DNA of 64,000 nt from a candidate division FCPU426 bacterium (GCA_963830915.1 CAWHOE010000042.1:15186-79185), one strand, 5' to 3'. Positions 9,144 to 18,552 are shown, counted from the first letter of the stretch. Made by a program: numbers and translations. Notes: a model not told the origin generated them from the letters alone.

Positions 9144-9515
9144 ATGGACGTTATAGGTAAATGCAAGGTACTCCGCGTTTATGTGGACGAAGAACTGAAG
9201 TGGAAAGGCAAACTCCTTTACAAAGCTATCGTGGATCGGTTGTTGGCGGAAAAAGTGACCGCTGGTGCGACGGTCTTCAAGTGTGTAGAGGGCTTTGGGT
9301 CTTCTTCACATCTTCACACCAGTCGTATCATTGAAGTCATGGAAGAATTGCCCATGATCATCGAAATAGTGGACAAGCCTAATCGAGCCTTGAAGGCCCT
9401 GAACATTATCGAGGAAATGCTTCCAAACCATTGCTTGGTGACAGTTCATGAAACCCAGGTGCTTCATTATCACAAGGCGGACGGCAAGCATACCAAGACG
9501 AAGAAGTGGAAATAA
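9144..9515 (+). CDS. DUF190 (PII-like) protein commonly found in fluoride-riboswitch regulons
   Basis: VLRVYVDEELKWKGKLLYKAIVDRL...GATVFKCVEGFGSSSHLHTSRIIEV...PMIIEIVD matches DUF190 consensus. Confidence 0.8.
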   Translation: MDVIGKCKVLRVYVDEELKWKGKLLYKAIVDRLLAEKVTAGATVFKCVEGFGSSSHLHTSRIIEVMEELPMIIEIVDKPNRALKALNIIEEMLPNHCLVTVHETQVLHYHKADGKHTKTKKWK

Positions 9516-11224
9516 AAATGAAGGATTTTCCGGGTCAGGATGGCAATTCCACGCCAAGCCTCCCGAATGATTCTCGGACTATTTTTACTGAAGCGGGGGA
9601 TATCCTGTCATTTGCGGATTCCATCGCCCGCCGCTGGGGTATTTCAGTTCTTCTACCTCAAATCTATAATTTATCCGAATTTATAAATGAATCCGATTCC
9701 GTGGATGTGGTCTTGTTGGGAAGATTCAAGGCGGGAAAAAGTTCAATCTTGAACGCCTTATTGGGCAGGAATATTTTTCCGGTCGATGTCCTGCCGGCAA
9801 CTGCGGTCATAACCCGCGTGTCCGGCGGGTTGACTGATCACGTGAGTGTTTTGTACAGGGACGGGCACTTGGAAACGGTGCCCTTGAGTGAAATTAAAGA
9901 ATATGTCACCGAAAGGGGAAACCCCCAAAATATCAGGAAAGTCGTTAGGGTTGAAGTTCGTGCGACTGGCTTGCGATCTTTTGGCGGGATTCGGTGGGTG
10001 GATTCGCCTGGTCTCGGAAGCCTGCATGCAAGCAACACCGAAGCGACTTTGGATTGGCTCCCTAGGGTGGGAGCTGCCCTGGTGGCGGTAGCCGTGGATC
10101 AGCCTCTTGGCGAAGAAGATCGGGTTCTTCTTCGCAAACTGGAGGAACAAACCCCGTTTATTGTGATTCTTTTAACTAAGGCCGATCTAATATCTGGAGA
10201 ACAATTGGAATCGGTCGTTCAATATGTCGATTCGCAATTGACAGAGAATTTTGAGAGGGAATTGCCAGTTTTTCCCGTTTCAACCCGACCTGGGTACGAA
10301 GAATCCGTTTCAAGACTTAAAAACAGCCTCCAAGCCAGACTTGGAGGGAACCGCACCAGTGAAGAAAACAAGATTATCCTCTACAAATTAGAAGCCATCC
10401 TGAAAAACTGCCGGGGTTACCTGGGGCTTTCACTCCGAGCCGCCCGTTCCGGGACTTTATCCGGGACGAAGCTTTCCCAAGCCATTGAAGAGGAATGGGT
10501 CTTCCTTTCCACTTTAGAGGATAATTTCCATCTGGTGGTGGATCAGTCAAGTCGTCGAATCCGGGAGTCTCTTGAGAGCTGTTTCGTTTCAAAGTCGCAG
10601 GAGTTGACCCGTAAGCTCCAAAGGGAATTGAAAGAGAAACTTTTGGGTTGGCGGGGAAATTTAGCCGAGGAAAGCAGGTGGTTTCAGGAATGGCTCGATT
10701 CCCAGTTGGTTTCCGAGTTGGACCGATTGGGCCGGGAAAACCAGGATGTTTGGAAGGTCCATGTCCGGAAAGTGGAGGGCGGTCTCAACCGGGATCTCCA
10801 GGCCTTTGGGGACCGGATTTCGATCAAAATTAAGGAAGCCCTTCAATACGAATACGCCGGGACTTCCTTTGAGGCAAAGTCGACCCCTTTGGAAAAGCCA
10901 AGCACCCATCTTGACAGGGTATTTGATACGCCCTTTGAAATCATATGGTTCCTAATTCCAATGCCGGTCTTCCGGGTTCTGGTTCACAGGCATTTCATCA
11001 ATTCCTTGCCGTGGCAGGTCGAAAAACATCTTTACCGTTTATCGTCGGAATGGACGGAGAGAATCATGGATTCCATCCAGGGAATGATGGAAAAGGCCGG
11101 AAAGCATGTTCGGGACGAGTTGGAGTCCCTCGCGAACCTTTTGAAGGAAAGGATGGATGCAAGTGGAAGTATTGAGAAAGATTTGGGCCGATTAGGCGAG
11201 TTGGAGAGTTTAATCCGTTTATGA
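9506..11224 (+). CDS. Dynamin-family large GTPase (bacterial dynamin-like protein)
   Basis: G1 GRFKAGKSSILNALLG, G3 DSPG, G4 TKAD; long helical stalk; start overlaps DUF190 stop (alternative ATG at 9518). Confidence 0.75.
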   Translation: MEIKMKDFPGQDGNSTPSLPNDSRTIFTEAGDILSFADSIARRWGISVLLPQIYNLSEFINESDSVDVVLLGRFKAGKSSILNALLGRNIFPVDVLPATAVITRVSGGLTDHVSVLYRDGHLETVPLSEIKEYVTERGNPQNIRKVVRVEVRATGLRSFGGIRWVDSPGLGSLHASNTEATLDWLPRVGAALVAVAVDQPLGEEDRVLLRKLEEQTPFIVILLTKADLISGEQLESVVQYVDSQLTENFERELPVFPVSTRPGYEESVSRLKNSLQARLGGNRTSEENKIILYKLEAILKNCRGYLGLSLRAARSGTLSGTKLSQAIEEEWVFLSTLEDNFHLVVDQSSRRIRESLESCFVSKSQELTRKLQRELKEKLLGWRGNLAEESRWFQEWLDSQLVSELDRLGRENQDVWKVHVRKVEGGLNRDLQAFGDRISIKIKEALQYEYAGTSFEAKSTPLEKPSTHLDRVFDTPFEIIWFLIPMPVFRVLVHRHFINSLPWQVEKHLYRLSSEWTERIMDSIQGMMEKAGKHVRDELESLANLLKERMDASGSIEKDLGRLGELESLIRL

Positions 11225-11269
11225 GCCGGTTTTGGCATTGGGCGTTCATTACTTTTAAGGAGAAGTTAA

Positions 11270-12544
11270 ATGGCAAAGATATCCTCGGTTAAGGCAATGG
11301 AAATTTTGGACTCAAGGGGAAACCCGACAGTGAGGGTTTGGGCGGAATTGGAAAGCGGCGTGAAGGTTTCAGCTTCCGTGCCTTCCGGCGCTTCCACGGG
11401 AGAAAACGAAGCGGTAGAGCTTCGGGACGGGGACAAGAAACGCTTCGGCGGGAAAGGGGTCCTGAAAGCCGTTGAGAACGTGAACAAGGTGATTGCCTCG
11501 GCTATCAAGGGAATGGATGCGGAGCGGCAGGCGGAGTTGGACCGGCGCATGATCGAGTTGGATGGCACTCCCAACAAGGCCAAATTAGGGGCCAATGCCA
11601 TCCTGGGGGTTTCCATGGCGGTGGCGCGGGCGGCGTCGGTCGAAGCCGAAATTCCCCTTTATTCATATCTTGGAGGAACGGGAGCCGTAAGGCTTCCAGT
11701 TCCCCAGATGAACATCCTCAATGGGGGTAAGCACGCGGACAACAGCGTTGACTTCCAGGAATTCATGGCTATGCCGATAGGCGCTCCCAATTTTACAGAA
11801 GCCCTTCGGTGGGGGGCCGAGGTTTTTCATGCCTTGAGGGGTATCTTGCACCAAAAGAAATATGCGACGGGGGTGGGGGATGAGGGTGGTTTCGCGCCGA
11901 ATTTAAAAAGCAATGAGGAGGCTGTGGAGGTGATTGTCCAGGCCATCGAGGTGGCGGGCTATAAGCCGGGCAGGGATGTCGCCATAGCACTGGACCCTGC
12001 GGCCAGTTCCTTTTACGAGAAAGGGGTTTATGCACTGACCAAGTCAGGGCAAGGGAACAAATCCAGCAAAGAAATGACCGAACTTTACAAGGGATGGGTT
12101 GAGAAATTTCCCATTGTTTCCATCGAGGATGGGTTGGATGAGAACGATTGGGATGGTTTCAAGGAACATACGGCGGTCCTGGGGGGCAAGATCCAGATTG
12201 TTGGGGATGACATTTACGTTACGAACACGAAGTTTATCGCTCGTGGCATCAAAGAAAAAACCACCAATTCAGTACTGATAAAGCTCAACCAGATTGGTAC
12301 GGTCACGGAAACTATTGAGGCTATTCAACTCTGCCGCAAGGCTGGGTGGAGTTATGTCATCTCCCACAGGTCGGGGGAAACCGAGGACGCCTTCATGGCG
12401 GATTTCGCGGTCGCCATGGGGGGTGGACAGATCAAGACCGGATCGGCTTGCCGGAGTGAAAGAATCGCTAAGTACAACCGTCTCTTGGAAATAGAAGCCG
12501 AATTAGGCAAATCTGCGGTCTTCGGTAATCCATTCAAGGAATAG
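11270..12544 (+). CDS. eno: Enolase (phosphopyruvate hydratase)
   Basis: Full-length enolase signature ([31 protein letters not shown]). Confidence 0.95.
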   Translation: MAKISSVKAMEILDSRGNPTVRVWAELESGVKVSASVPSGASTGENEAVELRDGDKKRFGGKGVLKAVENVNKVIASAIKGMDAERQAELDRRMIELDGTPNKAKLGANAILGVSMAVARAASVEAEIPLYSYLGGTGAVRLPVPQMNILNGGKHADNSVDFQEFMAMPIGAPNFTEALRWGAEVFHALRGILHQKKYATGVGDEGGFAPNLKSNEEAVEVIVQAIEVAGYKPGRDVAIALDPAASSFYEKGVYALTKSGQGNKSSKEMTELYKGWVEKFPIVSIEDGLDENDWDGFKEHTAVLGGKIQIVGDDIYVTNTKFIARGIKEKTTNSVLIKLNQIGTVTETIEAIQLCRKAGWSYVISHRSGETEDAFMADFAVAMGGGQIKTGSACRSERIAKYNRLLEIEAELGKSAVFGNPFKE

Positions 12545-12554
12545 GGGAAGGCCT

Positions 12555-13226
12555 TTGGAAAAACACACTCCATACTTCAAGGTTTTGGAAACCATTCAAA
12601 AAAGCCGGGATTGCGGGTTGTGTGTTCTGGAAAAGGGAGCGGTTCATTCCTATTTTGAGGCATTCCTTTACGAGAATGTGAATGACCATGGTGCCCGCGA
12701 AGCCTTGCGGGCTTCCAGGGGTTGGTGCCCGTTTCATGCACACCACTTGATTGGATTCCACGACACCCTTGCACTTTCCATCCTCTTCAAAGAACAGGCG
12801 CTCCTTGCCGGGTATTTTCTTGAGAAACAGATGGAGAAAACACACTTCTTTTCAGAATGGGTCAGCCATGCAAAGTGTCCTGCGTGTATCCAAACCATAC
12901 AGATACGACAGCATTACCTTGCTATCTTGGTGAAGGGATTAATAGAGGAAGAGGAAATGCGTTCGGCTTTTTTTGGGAATTTTCATGTCTGCCTCAATCA
13001 TTTTATGTTGGTAGTGGACGCGCTGTCGGACGATGCCTTCAAGAGGCAATTGGTGGACCGGATGTGGCAACGCCTAGCCGATTTGGCTGGACGACTGGAA
13101 CAATATTGCCAGGACTGCCAGATAAACGCGGCGGGTGAAACTTTCGATTCACCCCACCGCTATGCTTGGAAGGAAGCTGTTGAGACAGTTGCCGGGTTGA
13201 AAGACGTTTTCGAGTCGCCGTTGTAA
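12555..13226 (+). CDS. Cys-rich hypothetical protein (CGLC, WCPFH, CPAC, CLNH, CQDC motifs; metal-binding candidate)
   Basis: ORF immediately after eno, same strand; paired CxxC motifs. Confidence 0.45.
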   Translation: MEKHTPYFKVLETIQKSRDCGLCVLEKGAVHSYFEAFLYENVNDHGAREALRASRGWCPFHAHHLIGFHDTLALSILFKEQALLAGYFLEKQMEKTHFFSEWVSHAKCPACIQTIQIRQHYLAILVKGLIEEEEMRSAFFGNFHVCLNHFMLVVDALSDDAFKRQLVDRMWQRLADLAGRLEQYCQDCQINAAGETFDSPHRYAWKEAVETVAGLKDVFESPL

Positions 13227-13402
13227 TAAGACCCGTTATCGTTTTTGGTTCCCAGAACCCCATAAGTTTTTTCGGGAGATCATCAAAGGAAAAGAAAAAG
13301 TGAGGTGGGGGTGTTACTTCCTATGCCCCTAGGGAAAGTTGCTTTTGAATCTATCCTCAATCCTGGTAAAATGCCAAACAGCAAGGGACATTAGGAGGCA
13401 GT

Positions 13403-14473
13403 ATGAGCAAGCCTAATGTTCACGGACTTCCCCAACATCTTCGGAAAGATAGCGGGGGATATTTCCTGGATTTTTTTATCCAGGAGGAAGGGGTTAGTAA
13501 ACGTAAAAGAGTGCGGTTGGGACAGATTCCTTTGCCTCAGGCAAAGAAGGTCTTGGCTCAACACATGCAAGAAATCGTTGAAAACAGTTATTTGGCCCAA
13601 GAAAGGCCGAAGATCACTTTCAACGAAGCCGCTGATTCCTTTATGGCTTATTCGGTGTCCAGGAAGAAGAGTTTTCATAGGGACAAGTATTACGTGGCAA
13701 ACCTTAAGTCTTTTTTTGGTGACAAGCTTTTGGAGAGCCTGAACCTTGACCTTGCTGAAAAGTATTTAACTTGGAGAAGGAAAACCGGAAAACCCAAAGG
13801 GGAGGAAATGAAGGCGGCAACGCTCAACCGGGATATTGCCTGCTTAAAGACGATTATTAATAGGGCGAAGTTAAACAGGCAGATCGACAGGAATCCAATC
13901 GAGGGGATCAGGTTGTTTAAGGAAATCCCCAGGGATAGGACCCTAACCCCGGAGGAGTTCAAACGGCTTTTGGAATGCTGTCCTTCCCACCTGAAATCAA
14001 TGGTCGAGTTGGCTTATTACACGGCCATGAGGAAAGGTGAAATCCTAGGGATGAAATGGGATCAGGTAGATTTCCAAAAAGGGGTTATTTTTCTTGAGGC
14101 GGAGGATACGAAGACTCAGGAAAAGAGGGAAATACCGATTGATGAGAAATTGAAGGAAATCATCAAAAAGATTCCCAAGACCATAGGAAGCCCGTTTGTT
14201 TTTACCTATAAAGGGAAAAGGCTAACGGCTTGCAAGACCGGGTTCAAAAACGCTTGTCAAAAGGCTGGATTGGGAAATTTCCATTTTCACGACCTTCGCC
14301 ATTGCGCAATCACGAATATGCGCAAAGCGGGGGTGCCGGATTCGGTCATAATGAGCGTCAGCGGACACAAAACCAACGCGGTTTTCAGGCGATATGACAA
14401 GGTGGATAGGGAAGACCGAAAATTGGCGTTGGAGCGGGTCCGGGAGTTCAATGACACCAAATTCGGGACCTGA
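13403..14473 (+). CDS. int: Tyrosine site-specific integrase, copy 2 (about 89% identical to copy 1)
   Basis: Same motifs as 4250-5320; homology begins about 30 nt upstream of ATG (ggtaaaatRccaaacRgcaagggacattaggaggcagtATG). Confidence 0.9.
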   Translation: MSKPNVHGLPQHLRKDSGGYFLDFFIQEEGVSKRKRVRLGQIPLPQAKKVLAQHMQEIVENSYLAQERPKITFNEAADSFMAYSVSRKKSFHRDKYYVANLKSFFGDKLLESLNLDLAEKYLTWRRKTGKPKGEEMKAATLNRDIACLKTIINRAKLNRQIDRNPIEGIRLFKEIPRDRTLTPEEFKRLLECCPSHLKSMVELAYYTAMRKGEILGMKWDQVDFQKGVIFLEAEDTKTQEKREIPIDEKLKEIIKKIPKTIGSPFVFTYKGKRLTACKTGFKNACQKAGLGNFHFHDLRHCAITNMRKAGVPDSVIMSVSGHKTNAVFRRYDKVDREDRKLALERVREFNDTKFGT

Positions 14474-14654
14474 ATGACACGGGAATGACAAACGCCCTTT
14501 TCGGGGCGGGAAAGGAGAAGGAAAAAAGTTCGTTTTTCGCTTTAGCTGTAAGGGTTTTAGAAGCTTTAAGAAAACAAAATCAAGCAACCCATTGCGACTC
14601 TCAAAATCTATCGACCTCACGGTCATGTCGGTTCAAGTCCGACCTCGGGCACCA
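14474..14654 (+). mobile_element. Second copy of int-downstream segment ending in the same tRNA 3' fragment (att core 14625-14654)
   Basis: ATGTCGGTTCAAGTCCGACCTCGGGCACCA identical to 5472-5501; flanks diverge immediately after CACCA. Confidence 0.6.
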
Positions 14655-14684
14655 AATTTCTCCAATTTAAAATATATTATTGAA

Positions 14685-14920
14685 AATTTGGTTGTGCTTG
14701 GACGTAGTCCAAGTACACCATTTATCTTCAATTCTGTGTGGTTGTACCCAGACGACCTGCCTGCCGGAACTTTAGTGAAGGCAGGAGTCTGGGTGCACCA
14801 ATTACATTTGGTTGTGCTTGGACGTAGTCCAAGTACACCAATTTTCGTCTTTGATGAGTGGTTGTACTCAGACGACCCGCCTGGCGTAACTTTAGTGAAG
14901 GCAAGAGTCCAAGCGCGCCA
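14685..14920 (+). repeat. Two tandem copies of a 120-bp repeat, each with a GC-rich hairpin (CTTGGA-cgtag-TCCAAG) and a long nested stem-loop (ACCCAGAC-GA-CCTGCC-[14 nt]-GGCAGG-A-GTCTGGGT) ending GCACCA
   Basis: Period 120 nt (ggttgtgcttgg at 14691 and 14811), about 88% identity between units. Confidence 0.7.
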
Positions 14921-14993
14921 CGCTCCACTTGACATCGAAAAGGAAATGGATAATTATGTATATAGAAGTAAATAACTATATACGGAATTATCC

Positions 14994-15617
14994 ATGCCGC
15001 AAACAACGCCCAAACCAAAAACGTATGAGAAAGCCATCCGGGTCTTTCGAGACCGCGGAGGACTACTTTCGTCCACTGAAGCCCTGCGGGAGGGTATCCA
15101 TCCCAGGGACCTTTATGCCATGCGGGACGGTAAACTGCTGAATCAGCTAAGCCGGGGTCTTTACCGGCTTTCCGATATGCCGTCCCTGGAAAACCCAGAC
15201 ATCGTGACGGTGGCCAGACGGGTGCCGGAAGGTGTCCTTTGTCTTATTTCAGCGCTTGCCATTCATGAACTGACCACCCAAATACCCCATGAGATTTATG
15301 TGGCCCTTGAGATGGGTGCCAGGATTCCACGACTGGAGAATCCACCCATTAGGGTATTCCACTTTTCGGGCAAAGCCTTTACGGAGGGGATCGAGCAACG
15401 AAAGGTAGATGGCATAACCTACAGGGTTTATTCCCGAGAGAAAACCCTGGCGGATTGTTTCAAATACCGGAATGTCGTTGGTATGGATACGGCCCTGGAA
15501 GCGCTCCGCAACTATTGGAGGAGTAAGTGGAAGAAAACGGATGAACTCACGAAATTCTCTAAGATCTGCCGTGTGGAGAGGGTGATGGCACCCTACCTGG
15601 AGGCTATCCAAGAATGA
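14994..15617 (+). CDS. abiEi: AbiEi-family antitoxin / transcriptional regulator (type IV TA, abortive infection)
   Basis: N-terminal wHTH (LLSSTEALREGIHPRDLYAMRDGKL) typical of AbiEi; 4-nt overlap with downstream AbiEii. Confidence 0.7.
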   Translation: MPQTTPKPKTYEKAIRVFRDRGGLLSSTEALREGIHPRDLYAMRDGKLLNQLSRGLYRLSDMPSLENPDIVTVARRVPEGVLCLISALAIHELTTQIPHEIYVALEMGARIPRLENPPIRVFHFSGKAFTEGIEQRKVDGITYRVYSREKTLADCFKYRNVVGMDTALEALRNYWRSKWKKTDELTKFSKICRVERVMAPYLEAIQE

Positions 15618-16552
15618 ACAAGCCCATCGTCAATATGGCGGCCTCGGTGCATCAACGGCTTCTCAATAAGGCCCAAAAGTCGAAGCGCCCATTTAATGAG
15701 CTTCTCCACTATTACGCGATGGAGAGGTTCCTGTACCGCCTATCGCGGTCCAAGTACTCGGAAAAATTCATCCTGAAGGGGGCCCTTCTTTTTACCGCCT
15801 GGGAAGTCGCCGAATCCAGGCCGACCATGGACATCGACCTATTGGGGAAAATGAAGAATGAACCGGGGAGCATAGCCCAAGTCGTGAAGGAGATTTGTGG
15901 TCATGATGATGATCATAATGATGGTCTTCGGTTTGACCCTGCAACGGTGAAAGCGACCCGGATCGTTGAAGGGGCCGATTACCATGGAGTAAGGGTCATG
16001 TTCCTAGCCAAGCTAGCTAACGCCAGGATACCCATGCAGATCGACATAGGTTTCGGCGATCCTCATTCAGGGGGTTCGGTTTCTTTAGTGTACCCAACCC
16101 TTTTGGATCATCCAGCACCCCACCTTAAGGGTTATCGGCCAGAAAACGCCATCGCGGAGAAATTCGAGGCTATGTGCAAGCGTGGAATGACCAATACCCG
16201 GATGAAAGATTTTTTCGACGTTTGGCTTTTGGCGCGCCGGTTCGACTTTGACGGGAGCGCCCTTTCAAAAGCGATCATGGAAACCTTTGCGAGTCGCCAT
16301 GTAGAAGTACCTATGGAGCCAACGGCGTTCGGATCAGGCTTTTCCAGGGATAAGGTCAAAAACGTCCAATGGAAAGCTTTCTTGAAAAAGAGTCGGGCGC
16401 CGCATGCCCCGATGAATCTTGCCGTCGCGGTTAAGGTAATAAAAGGATTTCTAGGTCCCATCGCAAAGACTTTGGCCGAGAAAAAGAATTTCGTCGGGAA
16501 GTGGAAGGCACCAGGGCCGTGGAAAATTCCGAGCGGGCGTCAAAAACACTAA
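15614..16552 (+). CDS. abiEii: AbiEii/AbiGii-family nucleotidyltransferase toxin (DUF1814)
   Basis: N-terminus SVHQRLLNKAQKSKRPFNELLHYYAMERFLYRL and central GFGDPH...Y(R)PE block as in DUF1814 NTases. Confidence 0.75.
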   Translation: MNKPIVNMAASVHQRLLNKAQKSKRPFNELLHYYAMERFLYRLSRSKYSEKFILKGALLFTAWEVAESRPTMDIDLLGKMKNEPGSIAQVVKEICGHDDDHNDGLRFDPATVKATRIVEGADYHGVRVMFLAKLANARIPMQIDIGFGDPHSGGSVSLVYPTLLDHPAPHLKGYRPENAIAEKFEAMCKRGMTNTRMKDFFDVWLLARRFDFDGSALSKAIMETFASRHVEVPMEPTAFGSGFSRDKVKNVQWKAFLKKSRAPHAPMNLAVAVKVIKGFLGPIAKTLAEKKNFVGKWKAPGPWKIPSGRQKH

Positions 16553-16554
16553 AA

Positions 16555-16600
16555 CACAAACCCCTTAGTTATTAAGGGGTTTGTGAAATTTGTAGTTTTC
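16555..16600 (+). terminator. Hairpin terminator after AbiEii (also usable on minus strand)
   Basis: CACAAACCCCTTA-gttat-TAAGGGGTTTGTG, 13-bp perfect stem. Confidence 0.45.
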
Positions 16601-16631
16601 GTGTGTTGGGTCAGGCCTGACCCCAGGTTTA

Positions 16632-16691
16632 ACCGCCTGCCGGAACTTAGTGAAGGCAGGAGTCTGGGTGCACCATGAATTGGTTGTGCTT
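16632..16691 (+). repeat. Third (partial) copy of the 120-bp repeat hairpin, CCGCCTGCCGGAACTTAGTGAAGGCAGGAGTCTGGGTGCACCA + TGAATTGGTTGTGCTTT
   Basis: Near-identical to 14757-14812; together with 14685-14920 brackets the AbiE cassette. Confidence 0.7.
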
Positions 16692-16933
16692 TGCCGTTGT
16701 TGATGTTTTCTATTCGTTGTTTTTATCTGTGCCTCTTGATCCTTCGCTTTTCCTCTCCCCAGCCGATCAAATTGATCCTCGATTTATTATTTTGATAGAA
16801 CGAAATTTCAAGCTAGTTCTCCTCCCTCCATTGATGTTCGATCCCTAAACACCGATATTGAATCTAGGAATAATCAGAAGGACATTCCAAAGACTTGAGA
16901 ATTTTCAGGTCGTTTCAACAAAAGGAGCAGCCA

Positions 16934-17533
16934 ATGAAAGCGAAGGTATTCAGTTGCCTGTTAGTTTCAACCCTGCTCATGGGGTTGGCCGGGATATGCA
17001 AGGCGGATGACGATAACCGGGTCATCAGCAAATTGGGCCAAAACAGCCCTCAGGATCATCTCAGGACCGCCTCGTTCTATTTGGTCTTCAAGGACAACAA
17101 ATCGGACAGCCTTCCCGCGGTGCAATCAGGGGACACTGCCCGCTTCTATTCCAAGGTTTGGGACGGCCTCTATCTGCAGGTCACGACCGAGAACGGGGAT
17201 AGGGGAACCGCTGGTTATATGTTCTCATTTTCGACCGATGAGGCGGGTCTCACCCCCGTGGAAACGAATGAACTCAGGGATGTGCCCTCGCTTCGGGAAA
17301 TTACGGCCGGTGATTTCCGCTCCGATGATAATTTCTCGGTCCGTGTATTGAAGCCAGGTCCCGGTACCCCGAAAGACCGCGGCGCTTTCAGAATGGTCAA
17401 ATATGACGGATTTGACGTGGAGATCAGGGTGTTGGAATTCAGTATCGGCGACGCTGGATTGAAGAATAAGCCTTTCTTTAAATCCCTCTCGACCCTAGTG
17501 ACGGTCAGGGAAAAAGCGGAGAGTACCAAGTAA
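16934..17533 (+). CDS. Secreted hypothetical protein (signal peptide)
   Basis: MKAKVFSCLLVSTLLMGLAGICKA signal; AAAGGAG RBS. Confidence 0.5.
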   Translation: MKAKVFSCLLVSTLLMGLAGICKADDDNRVISKLGQNSPQDHLRTASFYLVFKDNKSDSLPAVQSGDTARFYSKVWDGLYLQVTTENGDRGTAGYMFSFSTDEAGLTPVETNELRDVPSLREITAGDFRSDDNFSVRVLKPGPGTPKDRGAFRMVKYDGFDVEIRVLEFSIGDAGLKNKPFFKSLSTLVTVREKAESTK

Positions 17534-17656
17534 ATACGATATCAACCCAAGGAACCGGTCCGAACCGCGAAAGTTCCGTTCGTACCGGTCCTGGAAGTTG
17601 AGGTCTTGCTTTAATTGAAGAGTGGTTTTTAAAATAAAAGTTAGGGGAGTTTTCAA

Positions 17657-17803
17657 ATGTTATACACGATCGCCGTTATCCTGCTGATCCTTTGGGTATT
17701 AGGTCTGGTCAGTTCTTACACCATGGGTGGGTTCATCCACCTTTTTCTGGTGATCGCCCTCATTGTCATCGTTGTCCGATTATTGCAAGGCCGCAAGTTA
17801 TAA
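17657..17803 (+). CDS. lmo0937-family small membrane protein (48 aa; below ORF-track cutoff)
   Basis: MLYTIAVILLILWVLGLVSSYTMGGFIHLFLVIALIVIVVRLLQGRKL matches the two-helix lmo0937 family pattern; RBS GGGGAG 8 nt upstream. Confidence 0.6.
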   Translation: MLYTIAVILLILWVLGLVSSYTMGGFIHLFLVIALIVIVVRLLQGRKL

Positions 17804-17865
17804 CTCTCCGCGTTATTATTTTCTGCGACAAATGAGCGCCTGAAATCGAAAGGTAGATCGAAACC

Positions 17866-18480
17866 TTGATCCATTGGCTTCAGTCCGTATTGGCCCATGA
17901 CGGCTACGGGATCCTGTTCCTACTGGTGTTCTTGAACGAACTGTGCCTGCCATCGCCCGGCGATAAAACGATGATGGTGGCAGGTTTCCTGGTGGGGAAG
18001 GGTGACCTTTCCTTGTGGGCGGTGATCGGCATCGGGACTGCGGCTGGCTTCCTGGGTTGCGCCCTCGCCTATTGGTCCGGAAGAAGGATGGGGAACCAGT
18101 TGTTGTTAAGGATCAAATGGTTGAGGATCACGCCTGATCGACTCAAAAAGATGGAAGGCTTTTTTGAAAAGTACGGGGCCAAGACGGTATTTTACGCCCG
18201 GTTCGTGGCCTTGCTCCATCCCATCACGGGCCTGTTAGCGGGCATATGGAAAACGCCCCCGCGGCCTTTCCTTCTGTATAACCTTGGGGGTACTTTCGCC
18301 AATGTGATCCTCTATACCCTCGCCGGCCGTTTTTTGGGGCACACATGGGAACTTCACAAAAACAGCATGGGAGCCATCATCCTTTACCTGCTTCTGGTTC
18401 TTTTGACCTATCTATTGATGGGTCTTTATTTGAAACGAGCCCTCCGGAAATTTTTCAAGGAACCTGAACTAACCCCGTGA
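17866..18480 (+). CDS. DedA/SNARE-associated family membrane protein
   Basis: DedA core (GYGILFLLVFLNELCLPSPGD...FYARFVALLHPITGLLAG). Confidence 0.8.
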   Translation: MIHWLQSVLAHDGYGILFLLVFLNELCLPSPGDKTMMVAGFLVGKGDLSLWAVIGIGTAAGFLGCALAYWSGRRMGNQLLLRIKWLRITPDRLKKMEGFFEKYGAKTVFYARFVALLHPITGLLAGIWKTPPRPFLLYNLGGTFANVILYTLAGRFLGHTWELHKNSMGAIILYLLLVLLTYLLMGLYLKRALRKFFKEPELTP

Positions 18481-18509
18481 TCTGGGGCCGGACGATCCTA
18501 TAAGTTGGC

Positions 18510-18540
18510 AAAAAAAGGGGACCCTTTTGGGGTCCCCTTT
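18510..18540. terminator. Bidirectional intrinsic terminator between convergent genes
   Basis: AAAAAAA-GGGGACCC-tttt-GGGTCCCC-TTT. Confidence 0.75.
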
Positions 18541-18552
18541 CGCGTGAAAGGA

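Noticed and set aside
14685-14920. Possible CRISPR array
   Set aside because: Only two or three copies of a long (120-bp), imperfect unit with no uniform short spacers and no cas genes. It is not CRISPR-like.
14592-14975. 127-aa ORF with internal peptide repeats (LVVLGRSPSTP x2)
   Set aside because: It simply translates the 120-bp tandem DNA repeat. It has no RBS or codon-usage support and overlaps the att core.
17581-17640. Possible sigma-54 core upstream of the lmo0937 gene (GGTCTTGCTTTAATTG)
   Set aside because: No GG at the required -24 position relative to TTGC. It resembles only the -12 half of the shared block.
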